DNA from: Diplonema japonicum
Taxonomy: Eukaryota; Protista; Euglenozoa: Diplonemea
Direction of reading: 5' to 3'
Assembly (NCBI GenBank): GCA_964019335.1
Contig: OZ025671.1
Span: forward strand, 310,001-374,000
DNA: 64,000 bases
The notes below the pieces were generated by a model that did no database searches, had not been told where the DNA came from, and saw nothing but the letters and a program-made list of their open reading frames with translations. Position numbers and translations under genes: made by a program. Positions 36,301-50,200 of the stretch are shown piece after piece (the first letter of the stretch is position 1; each line of letters begins with the position of its first letter).

Positions 36301-39300
36301 ACGATCTGGATGGTAGCTTTGACACCTGCTTCTGTTGTCACAATTGGCGCTGGCGCAACGACAATGCTTGCTGTGTCGTCATCAGTGTTAGTAACATCAA
36401 TGTCTGCCATGTCCATGCCGGTGTACTTCGCGTCACCGCTGCTGACGGGCAGCAGCTGGATGCTGTAGACAACGTTCCCATCATCGATGGTGTCATCGGC
36501 ACCTTTCACCGTGACCACCTGAGAGACATTCCAAGTGGTGCTCGTAAAGGTGATCACCGAGGGTGTCGGCAATCCCTCTGTTGTATCGTTCGTAGCAATG
36601 GGCAACGTCACGTCTCCGACAGGCTCAGATGTCAGCACGATGCTGAACGTGGCCTGGCCACCACTCTCACTTGTTACGAGACCGAATGTCGGCGTCACGA
36701 CATACCCTGCAACCTCGTCGTCCATGTTCGTGACCATCACGTCTCCAGGGTTCATGATGTTGTACTTCGGGTCCGTCGACGTAGCAAGGCCTGTCTCTAT
36801 GATGTATGTGATGTTCCCATCTGCAATGTAGTCGTTCATCGGTGTCACAAACACTTGCTGCGGTGTGTTCCAGTTGGCACTAGTGAACGTAAGGCTCGCA
36901 GGGACCACCGTCCCTTCACTGATGTCACCAGACCTGATTGTAATGCTAACATCTGCCACGGGCTGCGATAGCAGGACAACACTGAACGCTTCAGGAGAGC
37001 CACTCTCGAGGGTGGTGAAGCTCGTCTTAGAAACGCTAATACCCGCAGTGTCATCGTCAATGTTGACAATTGAGACATCAGCAGGATTAAAGCCGCTGTA
37101 TGTCATGTCAGTGCTGAGGGCAGGCGACAAGATGATTTGGTAGTTCTGATTGCCATCGTCGATCAAGTCGTTAGCGCCTACCACGACGACAGTCTGCGGC
37201 ACGTTCCAGTTGTTGTTGTCAAAGAGCAGATTCACGATGGAGATAGCGCCTTCTGCAGTATTGCTGCTTGCAATAGGAATGGTCACAGTCGAGAGCGGCA
37301 TCGATGTCAACACTACTGAAAAGTTAACAGTCCCGCCAGTTTCTGTGGTTTGAAGGCCTGTGGTTGGAGTCACTGTAACGCCCTTCACGTCGTCATCAGT
37401 GTTAGTCACTGTCACATTGGGGACAAGCATCGTGTCATAAGCAACGTCAGTGCTAGAGACCATGCCCAGGTCAATGAAAACCACTTGGTCGCCGTCATTG
37501 ATCAGCTCATCCACGCCAGTGAGGGTCACGACCTGAGCTGTCTGCCAATTGGCTGTCGTGAAAGTCAGTGAACAAGGGGACGCTGTAACTTCTGTGAGAG
37601 TGCCAGAGACGCAGTGATCAACGGGGACCAGCACGTTTGCAGTAGGCTCGGTATTAAGCACAACAGAAAAGGTCGTGGTGCTGCCAGCTTCAGTCGTGGT
37701 GAGGCCTGTAGTGGGTGTTACAGTGATGCCAGCAGTCTCATCGTCAGCGTTGATGATGATGACATCGTCCGGGTTTGTGCCTGCATAGGCTGTGTCACCA
37801 CCACTTGCGATCCCCGTCACAATCATGTAGGGGACGTTCCCGTCGTCGATCAGGTCGTCGATGCCCGTCACTGTCACTACTTGCGGGATCTTCCAGTTGA
37901 CAGCATTGAAGACAACGCTTGCAGGTGCAACGGTTCCTTCGGTGGTGTCGTTGCTAGTCAGCGTGACAGTTGTGGGGGCAGTCGGCTCGCTGCTGATGCT
38001 AATCTCAAACGTCACAGTGCCGCCCATCTCCGTTGTTGAGAGGCCAGTCGCTGGTGTGGCGGTGATGCTCGCCACATCATCGTCTTCGTTCAAAGCGAAG
38101 ACGTCGGGAACATTCATTGTGTTGTAGCTTGTGTCTGTGCTTGTCGCAGCGTTTATCTGTATCTGGTATGCGATCCCACCATCACTGATATCGTCGTTCA
38201 GACCAGTAACAGTGACCACTGCAGGGGTGTTCCAGTTCGCAGAATTGAAGACGAGCGACGTGGGAGCGACAGACCCTTCTGTAGTGTCGGAGGACACAAA
38301 GGGCACTGTGACATCAGCAGTGGGCTGGCTCGCTAGTTTGACAGTGAAAGTTGCGGTTGTGCCAGTTTCAATTGTCTTAAGAGGGTTTGCAGACACATCA
38401 ACTAGAATATCGGCCGTCTCGTCGTCCTGGTTCGTACCGGTCACAGCAGCAGGTGTTATAGCGTTGTAAATGCCGTCTGCACCGCTGAAGGTACCGAACT
38501 GTACGTTGAAAGGCTTGTCGCCATCATCGATCATATCGTTGATGCCTGTCACTGTCACGTCCTGTGGGATGTTCCAGTTGGCAGCACTGAAAGTTAAAGA
38601 CACAGGGCTCACAGCAGCCTCCGTCATGTCATCCACAGACAGGGGAATAGTGACATCGGATAAGGGTTCTGTCCTGAGCACGACTGAAAATGTTGCTGTC
38701 CCCCCTGCCTCTGTCGTCACCAGCCCCGACGTGGGGGTGATGGTGATGCCAGCAGTGTCGTCGTCAGTGTTAGTAGCATCTACGTTGTTTGGGTTCATCG
38801 CGTGATACTTCACGTCTGTGCTTGTGATGGCGTTCGTCACAATCGTGTACGCCACATCACCATCATCGATGGCGTCTTGCACGCCCGTCAAAGTGATCTG
38901 TTGCATAGCGTTCCAGTTTGCCGCTGTGAAAGTAACCGACATGGGGGAAATGGTGCCTTCGGAGGGATCGCTTGACGATAGTGTCAAAGTGACATCTGCA
39001 ACTGGCTCCGTCAGCAAAACAATCGTAAAAGCAGCAGTGCCACCTACCTCTGATGTTATCAGACCCGTCGTGGGTGCAACGGTAACGCCTGCAGTGTCGT
39101 CGTCAGTGTTCATAACAGTGACGGTGCCCGGTGCTATCCCTGCGTAGACGACGTCGCCAGAGGTCGCTGCGGCTAGGGTCACAACATGCGATACGTCATC
39201 GTCGTCGATATTATCGTCGACGCCTGTCACGGTGATGACCTGGTCTGTCATCCAATTCGCAGGAGTAAAGGTTAAGCTGTTCGGTGCCACAGTGGCCTCT

Positions 39301-42300
39301 GTCGCATCAAGCAACGCAGTGTCTACAGGTACCACCACGTTAGAGGTCGGCTGACTCCTCAACCTTACATTGAAGGTTGTTGTCCCACCAGCTTCCGTCG
39401 TAACGAGCGGCGGCGTCGACGTGATGATGACACCCGCCATGTCATCATCCGTGTTAACACCCGTAATGGGCGTCAACACATCACCCGAGTACTTCGGGTC
39501 TGTGCTCACAGTCGCGCCAAACGTCACCTGATAAGCTTGGTCGTTGTCATCGATGCTATCATCAACGCCGGTCACAGTGATGACCTGTGGCACGTTCCAG
39601 TTTGTCGTCGTGAACGTGAGTGACGCTGACGAGATTGTGGCCTCAGCTGTGTTTGTAGAGCTCATTGCGACAGTTACTGTGGCGGTAGGCATTGTGTTCA
39701 GAACAACAGTGAAGGTGTCAGTGCCTCCTGCCTCAGTTGTCTGGACAGCCATCTTCGAGAATGTAAAACCAGCAGTGTCGTCATCCGTGTTGGTGACTGT
39801 AACATCAGGCACTACAAGACCCGAGTACACCGTGTCCGTGCTCACTGCGTCTGCAGTCACTATCGTGTACAGGATATCACCATCGTCAACCATGTCCTCG
39901 TTGCCTGTGACGGTCGCAATCTGAGCTGTATTCCAGTCAGCTGCAGTGAACACAAGGGACACCGGCAGCACTGAGCCTTCCGACGCATCGCTCGTGCTAA
40001 GAGCGATGGTGACTGTTGATGTAGGCTCGGTAGCAAGGACTACACTGAAAGTAGCCGTTCCACCAGCTTCTGATGTGGTCAACCCTGATGTAGGTGTAAC
40101 TATGATCCCACGCGTGTCATCGTCGGTGTTTGTGATAGTCACGTCTGCTGGGTCTATCAAGTAGCCTGCATCAGAGCTGACTGCAGTACCAGTGGTGATG
40201 GTAAAAGTGATATCCCCGTCATCGACCATGTCGTCTTGTCCCGTTACAGTGACCACTTGCGGTGTGTTCCAGTTCGTAGTGCTGAACATCAGGCTCACAG
40301 GGGTGACAACACCTTCAGTGATATCAGAACTCGTAAGAGCGATAGTAACGCCTGCCGTGGGTTCCGTGTTCAAGGTCACCTGGAAAGTAGTTGTGCCGCT
40401 GCCCGCCTCAGTTGTCGTCCCTGCTGTAGGCGTCACTGTTATCCCAGGCGTGTCGTTGTCGGTGTTTGTGATATCGACGTCAGCTGCGTTGAGGCCATTG
40501 TATGTGAGGTCAGCGCTGGTGACTGCGTCAACGTTGATCTTGTACAAGATGTCCCCATCGGCGACAGAATCGTCCTGCCCCGTCACGGTGATGACCTTCG
40601 CAACGTTCCAATCCGCAGCTGTAAAAGTGATTGACGCTGGTGCTGGAATGCCCTCTGTCGCATCGGAGCTACTGATCGGAATGACAACATCAGCTGTAGG
40701 CTGTGTCACTAACACCACTGTGAAAGTGGTAGTACCGCCTGCTTCCGTGGTCGACAACCCAGCAGTAGGGGTAACTGTGATGCCCACAGTGTCGTCGTCT
40801 GTGTTCGTTAGGATCACGTCAGGTGCATCAAAGCCATTATAACTTGTGTCGCTGCTTGTAATCGCAGCGATGCTCACCGTGAAAGCGACGTTGCCATCGT
40901 CGAGCGTGTCATCAACCCCAGTCACTGTCACCACCTGAGCCACATTCCAAATGGCAGCTGTGAAAGTCAACGAAGCTGGAGAGACCGTGCCCTCGGTAAG
41001 ATCCAGCGAGGCAAGGGGTATAGTGACAGTCGCTGTGGGTTGTGTTGTTAACTGGACAGAAAATGTAGCAGTCCCACCAGCTTCCGTAGGCGTCCCTGTT
41101 ACGGGGCTCACAGTAAGACCAAAAGTGTCGTCGTCGGTGTTTGTCACCTGCACGTTGTCAGGGTCGATGGCCACGTAGGAAGTGTCTGTTGTTGTAGGCA
41201 ACCCGGTGGTGATGGTGTACACCACATCACCATCGTCAACATCATCATTCACACCTGTGATGGTGACTACCTGTGGCACATTCCAGTTGGCGGTTGTGAA
41301 TGTCACTGTTGCTGGGGCGACCGTTCCCTCAGTTGCGTCCGACGTCGTGAAAGGCACCGACACGTCAGCGGTCGGCTCGGAAGTCATCACAATAGTGAAT
41401 GTGGCAGTGGCACCCGCCTCTGTGGTCACTAACCCTGTGGTAGGCGTGACAGTAAACCCTGCAACATCATTGTCCGTGTTGGTTAGGGACACAGGCGCTG
41501 CAGGAGAGAGCGTGTTGAAAGCAGCATCAGGACTCGTGGATGGCCCCAGCGTCACTGTGTAACCGATGGTTCCGTCCACTAGAAAATCGTCAACACCGGT
41601 GACAGTCACTGTTTGCAACGTGTTCCAGTTGGCATTTGTGAAGGTGAGGGATGCTGGGTTGACGCTTCCTTCTGTTGCGTCAGACGATGCAACGGGGATG
41701 ACTACGTTCGCAGACGGCTGCGCCGCGAGTACAACAGTGAAGGTGGCAGTACCACCCGCTTCAGTAGTAACGGTGGTAGTAGAGGCTACAGTGATCCCAG
41801 CAACATCGTCGTCCATGTTCGTGATGGCCACGTCAGCTGGGTTAATTACTGTATTGTAGATAGGATCAGTACTGATGGCAGCTGCGGTGACAACCTGGCA
41901 AACAATATCACCATCGTCCAAGGAATCATCCTGCCCCGTGACCGTGACGGCTTGCAAAGTGTTCCAGTTCGCAGACGTAAAGGTCACAGTGCCGGGGGCA
42001 GCGACACACTCACTAGGGTCACTGGAAGAAATCGTGATCACAACATTGGCAGTCGGCTCCGATGTGAGAATTAAATTGAAGATTGCAGTGCCCCCTGCCT
42101 CTGTTGTAGTCCCCGTCGTTGGGTTCACGTTGATGCCAGCGGCATCGTTATCGTTGTTGGTACCTGTGACAGTTGTGCCTGTAAGACCGACATATTTCGG
42201 GTCGGTACCGGTTGCAGGGCCGTTGGTAATAGTGAAGGGCAGGTTGCCATCGACAACGAAATCATCTTCTCCTGTTACTGTTACCACTTGTGCTACATTC

Positions 42301-44585
42301 CAGTTGACAGCAGTGAATGTCAACGTGGCAGGCGCCGATGTTGCCTCTGATGGATCGGACGATGCAGTCACCACTTCTACATTGGCAGTAGGCTGGGAAG
42401 TCAAAACAACAGTGTAGGTCCCCGTCGTGCCTGTTTCGGCTACCGTCAGCGGCGTTGCGGTAACAGTAATGCCCACGCTATCGTCGTCCGTGTTGGTTAC
42501 AGAGACAGGGCCAGGGGTGAGCGGTGCGTATGCAGGGTCCGTTGTAGTGGCAGTCAAGGTGATTGTGAAGGCAATGGCATCATCGTCGACAGCATCGTCA
42601 ACACCCGTAACAGTGACTACTTGGCCGGTGTTCCAGTTAGCCGCCGTGAAGGTTAGAGTCGTGGGTCCGACGGTTCCCTCAGTTGTGTCCGAGCTTGCAC
42701 ACGCAATGGTCACGGAGGCTGTCGGCTCCGATGCCAGAGTAACGGTGAATGTGGAAGTGCCTCCTGCCTCTGTTGTCACCAGTCCTGTGGTGGGCACCAC
42801 TGTGATGCCTACTGCGTCGTTGTCTGTATTGGTGACACCAACATCTGGGCTTGCCATATTGTTATAGACGGGGTCAGTGCTCGAGGAAGCTGCGGTGATG
42901 ATGTTATAAGCGATGTCACCGTCATCGACATCGTCGTCAACACCTGTGATGGTGACCTGTTGCGCAACATTCCAGTTGGCTGTCGTGAAGGTCAGTGTGG
43001 CAGGCGCAACGGTTCCTTCTGTTGCAAGGGAGGAGCTGAGCCCGATGCTGACCGCTGCGGTAGGCTGGGTATTCAAAACAATTGTGAAGCTAGCTGTCCC
43101 ACCCGCCTCTGTTGTGACAAGGCCTGTGGTACCAGAAAGTGTGATGCCAGGCGTGTCATTATCGTTGTTTGTGACTGTCACGTCAGGAGGGTCGATCATG
43201 TAGCCTGCGTCAGCCCCCAGTGTGATGGTGTAGACAGTAGCGCCGTCTGCTATGAAGTCATCCACCCCCGTGATGGTGACTTGCTGCGCGACGTTCCAGT
43301 TAGCTGTCGTGAAGACTAGCGACGCCGTGCTGACAGTGCCTTCAGCAACGTTAGACGACGCAACAGGGATCGTCACGGTTGCTGTTGGCTGCGAGTCAAG
43401 GACAACAGTAAAGGTCGCAGTGCCACCAGCTTCCGTTGTAAATAGACCGGCAGTGGGTGTGACTGTAACGCCAGCAGTGTCGTCATCGATGTTCGTGATA
43501 CTCGCATCTGCAGGGTCAATGGCATTGTACTTCAAGTCTGCGCTCATGCATGTGGAGACGACCACTGTGTAGACCACATCACCGTCGTCAACAGAATCAT
43601 CGACTCCTGTCACGGTTACGGCCTGCGGCACGAACCAGTTCGCAGTGGTGAAGGTGAGCGTGGTGGGTATCGCGATGCTCCCCTCGGTGCTTGCTGGAGC
43701 TGGTCCCATGAACACAGGGATCGAGACCGTTGCTGTAGGCTGTGTGTTGAGCACTACGGTGAAGGCCGTGGTACCGCCTGCTTCCGTAGTTTGCAGATTA
43801 ACAGCAACGACAGTAACGCCTGCGGTGTCATCATCAGCGTTGGTGACGACGACATCAGTGGGGTCAGCCCCGCTGTACCCCGCATCAGTGCTAGTGACGC
43901 TGCCTAGGGAGATGGTGTAGGTGACGGGATCTTCGTCAATAGTATCCTGCACGGGTGTCACGGTCACAACCTGAGGGGTGTTGAAGGAGACGGTCGTGAA
44001 GCTTAACGTCGCAGGGCTGACGGTGCCCTCTGCTGTGTTGCCGCTTGTTACAGGAATGCTGACTGTGTCTGTGGGAGCTGTTGTGAGTACAACTGTGAAT
44101 GTCTGGGCCGCTCCGCCCTCAGCTGTATTTAGTGCTCCAGTGGACACAGTGATGCCGCAGCAAGCAGTGCAGTCACCGCTTTTAGTCCACGTTCCTGGGT
44201 TCGTGGTGCCGGTGCAGGTGACGGTGACACCTGTACAGCTGAATCCTAGGTCAGCAGTGATGGGGCACAGCGCACCGTGTGCGGACAGCGCGCACATCGT
44301 CGAGGAGCCTGTCACAGCGGGGTCTGCGACAGGGCATTGTATGGCAGTGCATGCAGGGGTTATGTCAAAAACATTCACGTTACAAGTAGCTGTGCACCCC
44401 GTAGGGCAGTTTGCGCAGAAGAACCCTGCTCCAGGTGTCCAGACACAAGTCGTGGTATCCACCATCATCCCTCCCGCCGTGCATGGCGTACTCGCTCCCG
44501 TCACCGTAGGCACTGTGCATTGAGCCCCAGCTTGCCTGAACGCAACAAGCAGCACCAGTAACCGTGTCGCTATCCCCACCTCCAT
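24354..44585 (-). CDS. Giant (~6,700 aa) type-I membrane/surface protein; introns 26608-26640, 26290-26328, 25413-25454
   Basis: Signal peptide, 28 Calx-beta-like repeats, about 60 Cys-rich repeats, EGF-like unit (QTCNDP...DWRCTC), TM helix (GVPLWAIILGVAGLLLCLLILCILL) and Pro-rich tail. Three ORFs are joined by GTATG...AG introns. Confidence 0.85.
26400..34230 (-). repeat. About 60 tandem ~43-aa Cys-rich coding repeats arranged as triads
   Basis: Consensus C..V.C.A...CH..G.CDP.TG.CS.P.K.DGT.CDDG...T..D.C..G.C.G. Every third unit is a variant (..C....C....PQC....C....C.E). Confidence 0.85.
34690..44160 (-). repeat. 28 tandem ~112-aa Calx-beta/cadherin-like coding repeats
   Basis: Counted 28 NWNxxQ-type motifs. 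Consensus TTEAGGTATFTVVL..PTA.V.I...SSD.TEG.V.PASLTFT.ANWN.PQ.VTVTGVDD..DDGD. Confidence 0.85.
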
Positions 44586-44777
44586 CACCCCTCCCTCTTT
44601 GTTCCTTCCGTTCTTTTTCCTCTGAGGCTCTCTTTTTATCTTCTTTTTCTTTTTCTCCTCCCTTCTTCCCCCCTCCTTTCGAACGTACTGGCATCAAAAA
44701 CACACTAAAAGAAACCAGGTGAAAAAAAAAAAAAGCATCAACAGAAAAAGAAATAAATCTAAATCTAATCATCGTCA

Positions 44778-45801
44778 CTAGTCACTCCTCCGTTCGTGCA
44801 TAAGGAGATGGAGCTGGCAAAGGGCATGCTTTACTTTTTCGGGATGGTTGGCCTCAAGGTAAAGTGCGTGCAGCTTGTGCGTTGCGGTGAGCGCCGCGAG
44901 GTTCACGTCCAGGATGGACCACAGCTGGGTTTGAATTTATTTCTCCCCCCCCCCCTCTTGTACCTTTTTTACTTCGCTCCTCTGCACAGAATTAAGGCTT
45001 TCCATGTCCGACTCATGAAAGGTAAGGGCTCTGGATAGAAACAATCGCGTGTCATGAGGAGTGCACATCGTCCCCCACGACAGCGGAGGGACGAACACTG
45101 CCCGTGGCAGTACTGTGTTCCATAACTGTGTTGTGTTGCTCCCCTCCCTCCCCCCAGCCTGCACATACCAACGCCATAACGCTCCCGGAGAAGGGTATAA
45201 ACAAAGCACTCGGAGGAGGGTCTTTAGGATGTGGGGGTGCATCGCACCAAGCTCCGTTCAGCTTGGCGATCTCTCTGCCAGGGTCGTCTGCGGCAGATGA
45301 AAGGAAAAACGGACAGCAAGCAAATCGATCGAGAAGATCGAGAATGGGACCCACGGTGGTGATGCTGAGGTGGTTCGTGGCTGCAGTGCGGACCCTGGTG
45401 TTCAAAAGACGCACTGACCAAAGCGAGAGGGGGTCGAGAAAGGGAAGGGAAAGAGAGATGGCCATTTCAACATCCCGTGAAATGTCTTGGACCTGCGGAC
45501 TCATTTTGTAAGGCATTCCTGGGACATGAATCATTCGAGGCACTAAGCTACCAACAGAACTCAGCGACGAGGTGCTATTCATGTTATGCAAGTAGTGTTG
45601 CGTTGATGCAACTGGTTGCCTGGCGACAGGTATCCTCCCATCTCCCAACGGGGTCGTCACACTACCCAAGCTTAATGGTGAAGACGACATATAGCCCACA
45701 AGGTCCCCCCCAGCTAGCACGGGATTGTACAAAGACCTGTACTGGGGCGCGTATCTGGTTGTTGCAGGAATCTGGCTTTGGCCGTAGCCGTATGAAGCCA
45801 T
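44778..45801 (-). CDS. Hypothetical protein (possible F-box-like segment), introns 45126-45168 and 44925-44963
   Basis: Splicing gives MAL|LWNTVLP and VKK|LWSILDV...RRSD*. LPFLDPLSLWSVRLLNTR weakly resembles an F-box. Confidence 0.6.
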
Positions 45802-46278
45802 TTTTTATGTGTTTGTTTTTTTTTTTTCTTTTTTGTTTTTTTGTTTTTTTCCCCCCCCTCTTTATTCTTGAAACATTTCCTTCTTTTTTTTATTTCCTCT
45901 TCCTGTGATGGGAGTTCGTTGGGTGATATTTCTTTGAGAGAAAAAAAAAACGGGAGGGGGGAAACAGGGGGGAAAAAAAAAAGAAAGAAAGAAGGAAAGA
46001 AAGCAATAAAAAAGAGTACTAAGGTATTGAGGGGGGGGGGGGGGGGGGTGAAATTATCCAATGTAATGCAGATTTTCAAAAAAAAAGGAAAATTGCGATG
46101 TTTTCTCGGTAATGTCATGAGGCAAGCCGGCAAAAAGATATAATTCCTTGGGTTGGCCATAATCCCGACATGTGTCTTTTTTTTTTTTTTTCTTTTTTTT
46201 TTTTGGGAGGGGGAGGCTAGACAAAAAAAAAGCAATAGGTTGAGAATAAAAAAAAACCACACTATGAAATATAACAAT

Positions 46279-46310
<32 letters not shown>

Positions 46311-46370
46311 CCCCCCTCTTCTTAAAAAAAAAAAAAAAATACTTGTGTAAAGACACACTTCAAATAAACC

Positions 46371-47012
46371 TCAGTAACCAATGTAGTCTCCGTTCATCCA
46401 AGATTTAACAATTCTACCAAAAAGGCGAGTATCCTCGCGAAGCACTTTAGCAGCCTGTTTTTTTTTTTTTTTTTTTTTTTTTTTATTTCCCATCCCCTCC
46501 ACGGTACCTTTTTGTTCAATGGGTCATCGGGGTTTGGTTCACTGAATAGCAATTCCATGCCGAAAATTACTGCCTTGAGGGTTAGGACCGGTCGCCACTC
46601 AGCCCGAAGGATGTTCAAGCACACTTTTCCGTCCTCGTCGATGTTGGGATGGTAGATTTTTTTTTGCTTGCCGGTAAGGTTGTAGGTGACCTTAGGCGGC
46701 GTGTGAGGGTAGTCATGAGGAACAGACACGTTAAATTGAAATGTTCCTCCCTATTTTTTTTTCTTTTTTTTTTTTTCTTTTGTTTAATCCGTATCATACT
46801 GTGTAGTACCCCTCCCTCGGCCTCATTGTCAGTACCAATTCTCTAATATTATCCTTGTCGGGAATCTCTAGTGTTGCATTTGTGCTTTTTAGATCCACTT
46901 CACCGAGGTCCTTGTTCAGCCTCATGTCTGCAGCCGCCTTGCCGCCACTCTTCTTGTCTTCCTTTTCCTTTTTAAGGGTCATCACCCGTTTTTCCAAACC
47001 TTTTCGCAGCAT
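46371..47012 (-). CDS. UBC12: NEDD8-conjugating E2 enzyme, introns 46751-46799 and 46455-46507
   Basis: RLNKDL, RPREGYYT|GGTFQF, YPHTPPKV, IYHPNIDEDGKVCLNILRAEWRPVL, LLFSEPNPDDPLNKK|AA. Confidence 0.92.
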
Positions 47013-47218
47013 TGGTTCTTTTTTTTTTTTTTTTGTCTGTAGTCCCTGTATTCTTTTTTTTTTTTTTAGCGGGGGAAAGAATGCGTATGCTTCGCAAATT
47101 TAATACAAATCCCCAACACGTAACATATACATAAAGGAGAATAAAAGATCTAATGAGTAAAAAAAAGGAGAGGGGGGGGGGGGGGGGGGTGAGATCGTCT
47201 TTTTGTTTTTGTTTGCAC

Positions 47219-50200
47219 TCACAAAGGAACCCGTATGCTGGCGTTTTGAATGCTCGTTGCGATACTGTAGTTCAGCTTCCTAGCGGTTTCTTGCTGTTCT
47301 TGCTCGGTTAGCTTGGCCAGGGAACCTCCTTCCGCGTAGACGAATGGGGGCTTTGGGTACTCGTCGACCATCTGCTGGATCTCGCTGTGCTGCTCGTTCT
47401 TCCTCGCGAACTGCAGGCAGACCACCTCAGAGACGGAGATGGACGCCTTCAGGTCTTTCATGCAGCTCACAGGCTGTCCATTGCAGTCCACAACACGTCG
47501 GTTTCTGTTGTTTTTTTTTTTTTTTTTTCCTCTCTTTTCTTTTCTTCTTTTTCTTTTCCATCATACATAAATCGCTGTGCGTCTGCTAGAGCAGCAGGAC
47601 TCCCTGATTTTATTTCCATCACAGTCTGAAAGAATAGTCGAAAGAAAAGGTGTTCATCCGCATACCATGTTGCTGCTGAATGCGATGCCAAGCCCCTGGT
47701 GGGGGTCCCTAGCTATCACGACACCACTGTTCGCCAGTGTGTTGAGCTTCTCGCAGACAGCCTGCGATTCTTTGAAGACCTGATCGATGAATGCCTGCCC
47801 CAAGGGGTCGGTGTTGACCCACTCCAAAGTTAAGACCTTTGTCTTGCTGGACTTGAGGCTCAGCACGCGCTGCGGCTGAGAGACCCTGAACGTCGTGAAT
47901 GGTGCGACAAGAACCTCTGCTTCCTGCGGGTACTGTGAAATCTCCTGCAAAGGCAACCCCCTCCGCACCCCCTTCACAGAGAAAAACACGGTCCCTCCTG
48001 TGCTCTTGAACGCGTTTGTCGCCTCTCCGTTTACATAAGATGTCGCCACGTCTTCATCCTTAGCACAGGACGACGGTGCTGGCCAGTGCAGGATGCAGCC
48101 AGGCCTCAGTTTTTCGTGCATATGGTACACATCATCAGGCAGCCCTGCCAGCCCCCTGTAGTAACTCGGGCAGCTAGCTATCATGTTGAAATCCGTGGCG
48201 AGATTCTGATCGGCGTACGTGTCATGGCACAGCGCGTACAGCAACCCTAGGGTCTTGACCCACTTCTGCATCCCTTCCCATGCCTTCTCGCTCTCTTTCA
48301 AGATGTAATCGCGGTTTTCACCTTCTTTTGTGACACCAGTCCTCACGCTGTAGTTCATCTCCCTGAACGGTGCTGAGTTCCTCCCTGCGTACTGCTTGGT
48401 GTAGCTAGACAGGTCGTCCTCAGGGTCGGGCACCGAAGGGAAGTGCATCATCCTGTCGAGGTCGCTCCCTGCCATCGTGTACAGCGTCATCACAAAAATC
48501 TCGACTTTGTTCCTTGCCTTGCTCTTCACGGACTTTGGGGACACCTCTCCCTTCGCCTTGTGCAGCATGTGCATGGCTTGCGAAACTACAAGAAGCTTGA
48601 GCTCCGGCGTGTCACACACGCGAGGGACCTTGATGTTCTCGATCAGCTCGTCCAGGATCGTCATTTTGCGTGTCTTAGTAGAGTCAAGCTTCTCGGCCCA
48701 CAGCCGCCTGAAACGTGCCCCCGCCCCTGTGATGTCGACCTCGGGCTCTGCGGTGGCTGACTGGGCCTTCGACTTCTCAACATTGATGCCAGGGCGGACC
48801 TTCCACATGAAGGCCGCGAACCTCAGGTTCCTCCCTGCCTTGAGCCACCTCTGCGCCGCTAGGCCTTTGTGCTGCTTGGGGTTCGGCAACTCTTCAACAC
48901 AAGAATCAGCAAACCTGGGCTCTTCTACAGGAAGGTGCTTGACAGGAAGTTCTTCTTCTTCCAGTTCCTGTCTAGGATCCTCTGGTGTGGGCTTTGGAGC
49001 GGGCTTCCTTTTGATAGGCTTGGGTTTGGGGATGGGGAGCAAGTCGTGGTCGGCAATCTCGTTGTTTTTGTCAAAGTCTGCAGCTGTGGAGTAATCATGG
49101 TCGTAGCACACGTCTTTCCATCCGTACAGGTACGACAGCTGGTTCGCCGCGTTGGCGGTGAGCAGGTTGTGGACAGTGCTGATCTGCCCTTTCAGCAGTG
49201 TTTCCACCTCCTTCCAATCCGTTTCCAGTGTATTTACCGCTTCTTGCATCTCTTTTCCTTCGAACAGGACATGACTCACAAACGCCGCGACGCACGGAGC
49301 AGACAGCCAGCGCAGAGGCGGCAGAATGATGTCGCCACCGATGGATTCAGACATCTCTTGTGCATACGCCCTGCATCCTTTTAGCTCATCCTCAAGCTCC
49401 ATACACTTCCCACGCCATGTCAAGTCTATCAAGCGCAGCTTCTTGCCTTCGGGTGACATTTTCACTAGCTTCGCCAGTTCCGTGGTTGTAGCAAGCCACA
49501 CAACCTCCCGGAACTCTAGATCATGTAGCACAGCAGCGGTTCCTTCATCGTCAAGCCGTCTTTGTATCCACGTCAAAGCAGGGCAGTGTGCATGTAGCCC
49601 TGCCCAGTCTGACGTGGAGGTGATGTCCTGAAGGCAGTCTATCACCTTCTCGTAGTCTAACGGCTGCTCGGTGAATACCTTCTTCAGCTCCTCCGCGATG
49701 TGCTGCAACGTGATGTCTGTCATGAGGAGCTCTTTCAATCCCGACGAGCTCTGCTGGTTCTTTGACAACGCCACCACCAGCTTGTCGAGGTCGATGTTGT
49801 GCTTCGCATCGCTGCTGTCGCTGTCGGTGGTGTACATGAAACTGTCTGCGGGACCACCTGCCGCGGGTACCGTCTGGAACGGGGCCTCGTGTTCCGTGTC
49901 GTCTCCGTAAGGGTCCTTCTTCAACGTCGATAGGCAAGCTCTAAGCAAGTCGCTCCTGTCGCGTTCTCTGTCACTCGTGCTGTCGGTACTGGTGTGGCTG
50001 TGCATCATGCGCGAGTGTGTCGAGTACTGGCTGTTGCCGCGCCTCCTGGTGGAACGTCGCATGCTGGAGCCGAGCTCTCGCACGTTGCGCCTTGTTCGTG
50101 ACTTCTGCTTTTCATCGCTAGAGCTCATACTTGTGTTGACCTGTATTACTTCACCACTCCACTTAAGCTTTTTCGGTGACCCAGGTGACAAAGGGCTGCT

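Noticed and set aside
26400-44160. Regularly spaced repeats suggesting a CRISPR array or satellite
   Set aside because: Degenerate, in-frame protein-coding repeats in a eukaryotic gene; no invariant DNA repeat with unique spacers.
26392-44561. Numerous plus-strand ORFs over the giant gene (and over other genes)
   Set aside because: Antisense shadows caused by codon bias of the minus-strand CDS; no independent motifs.
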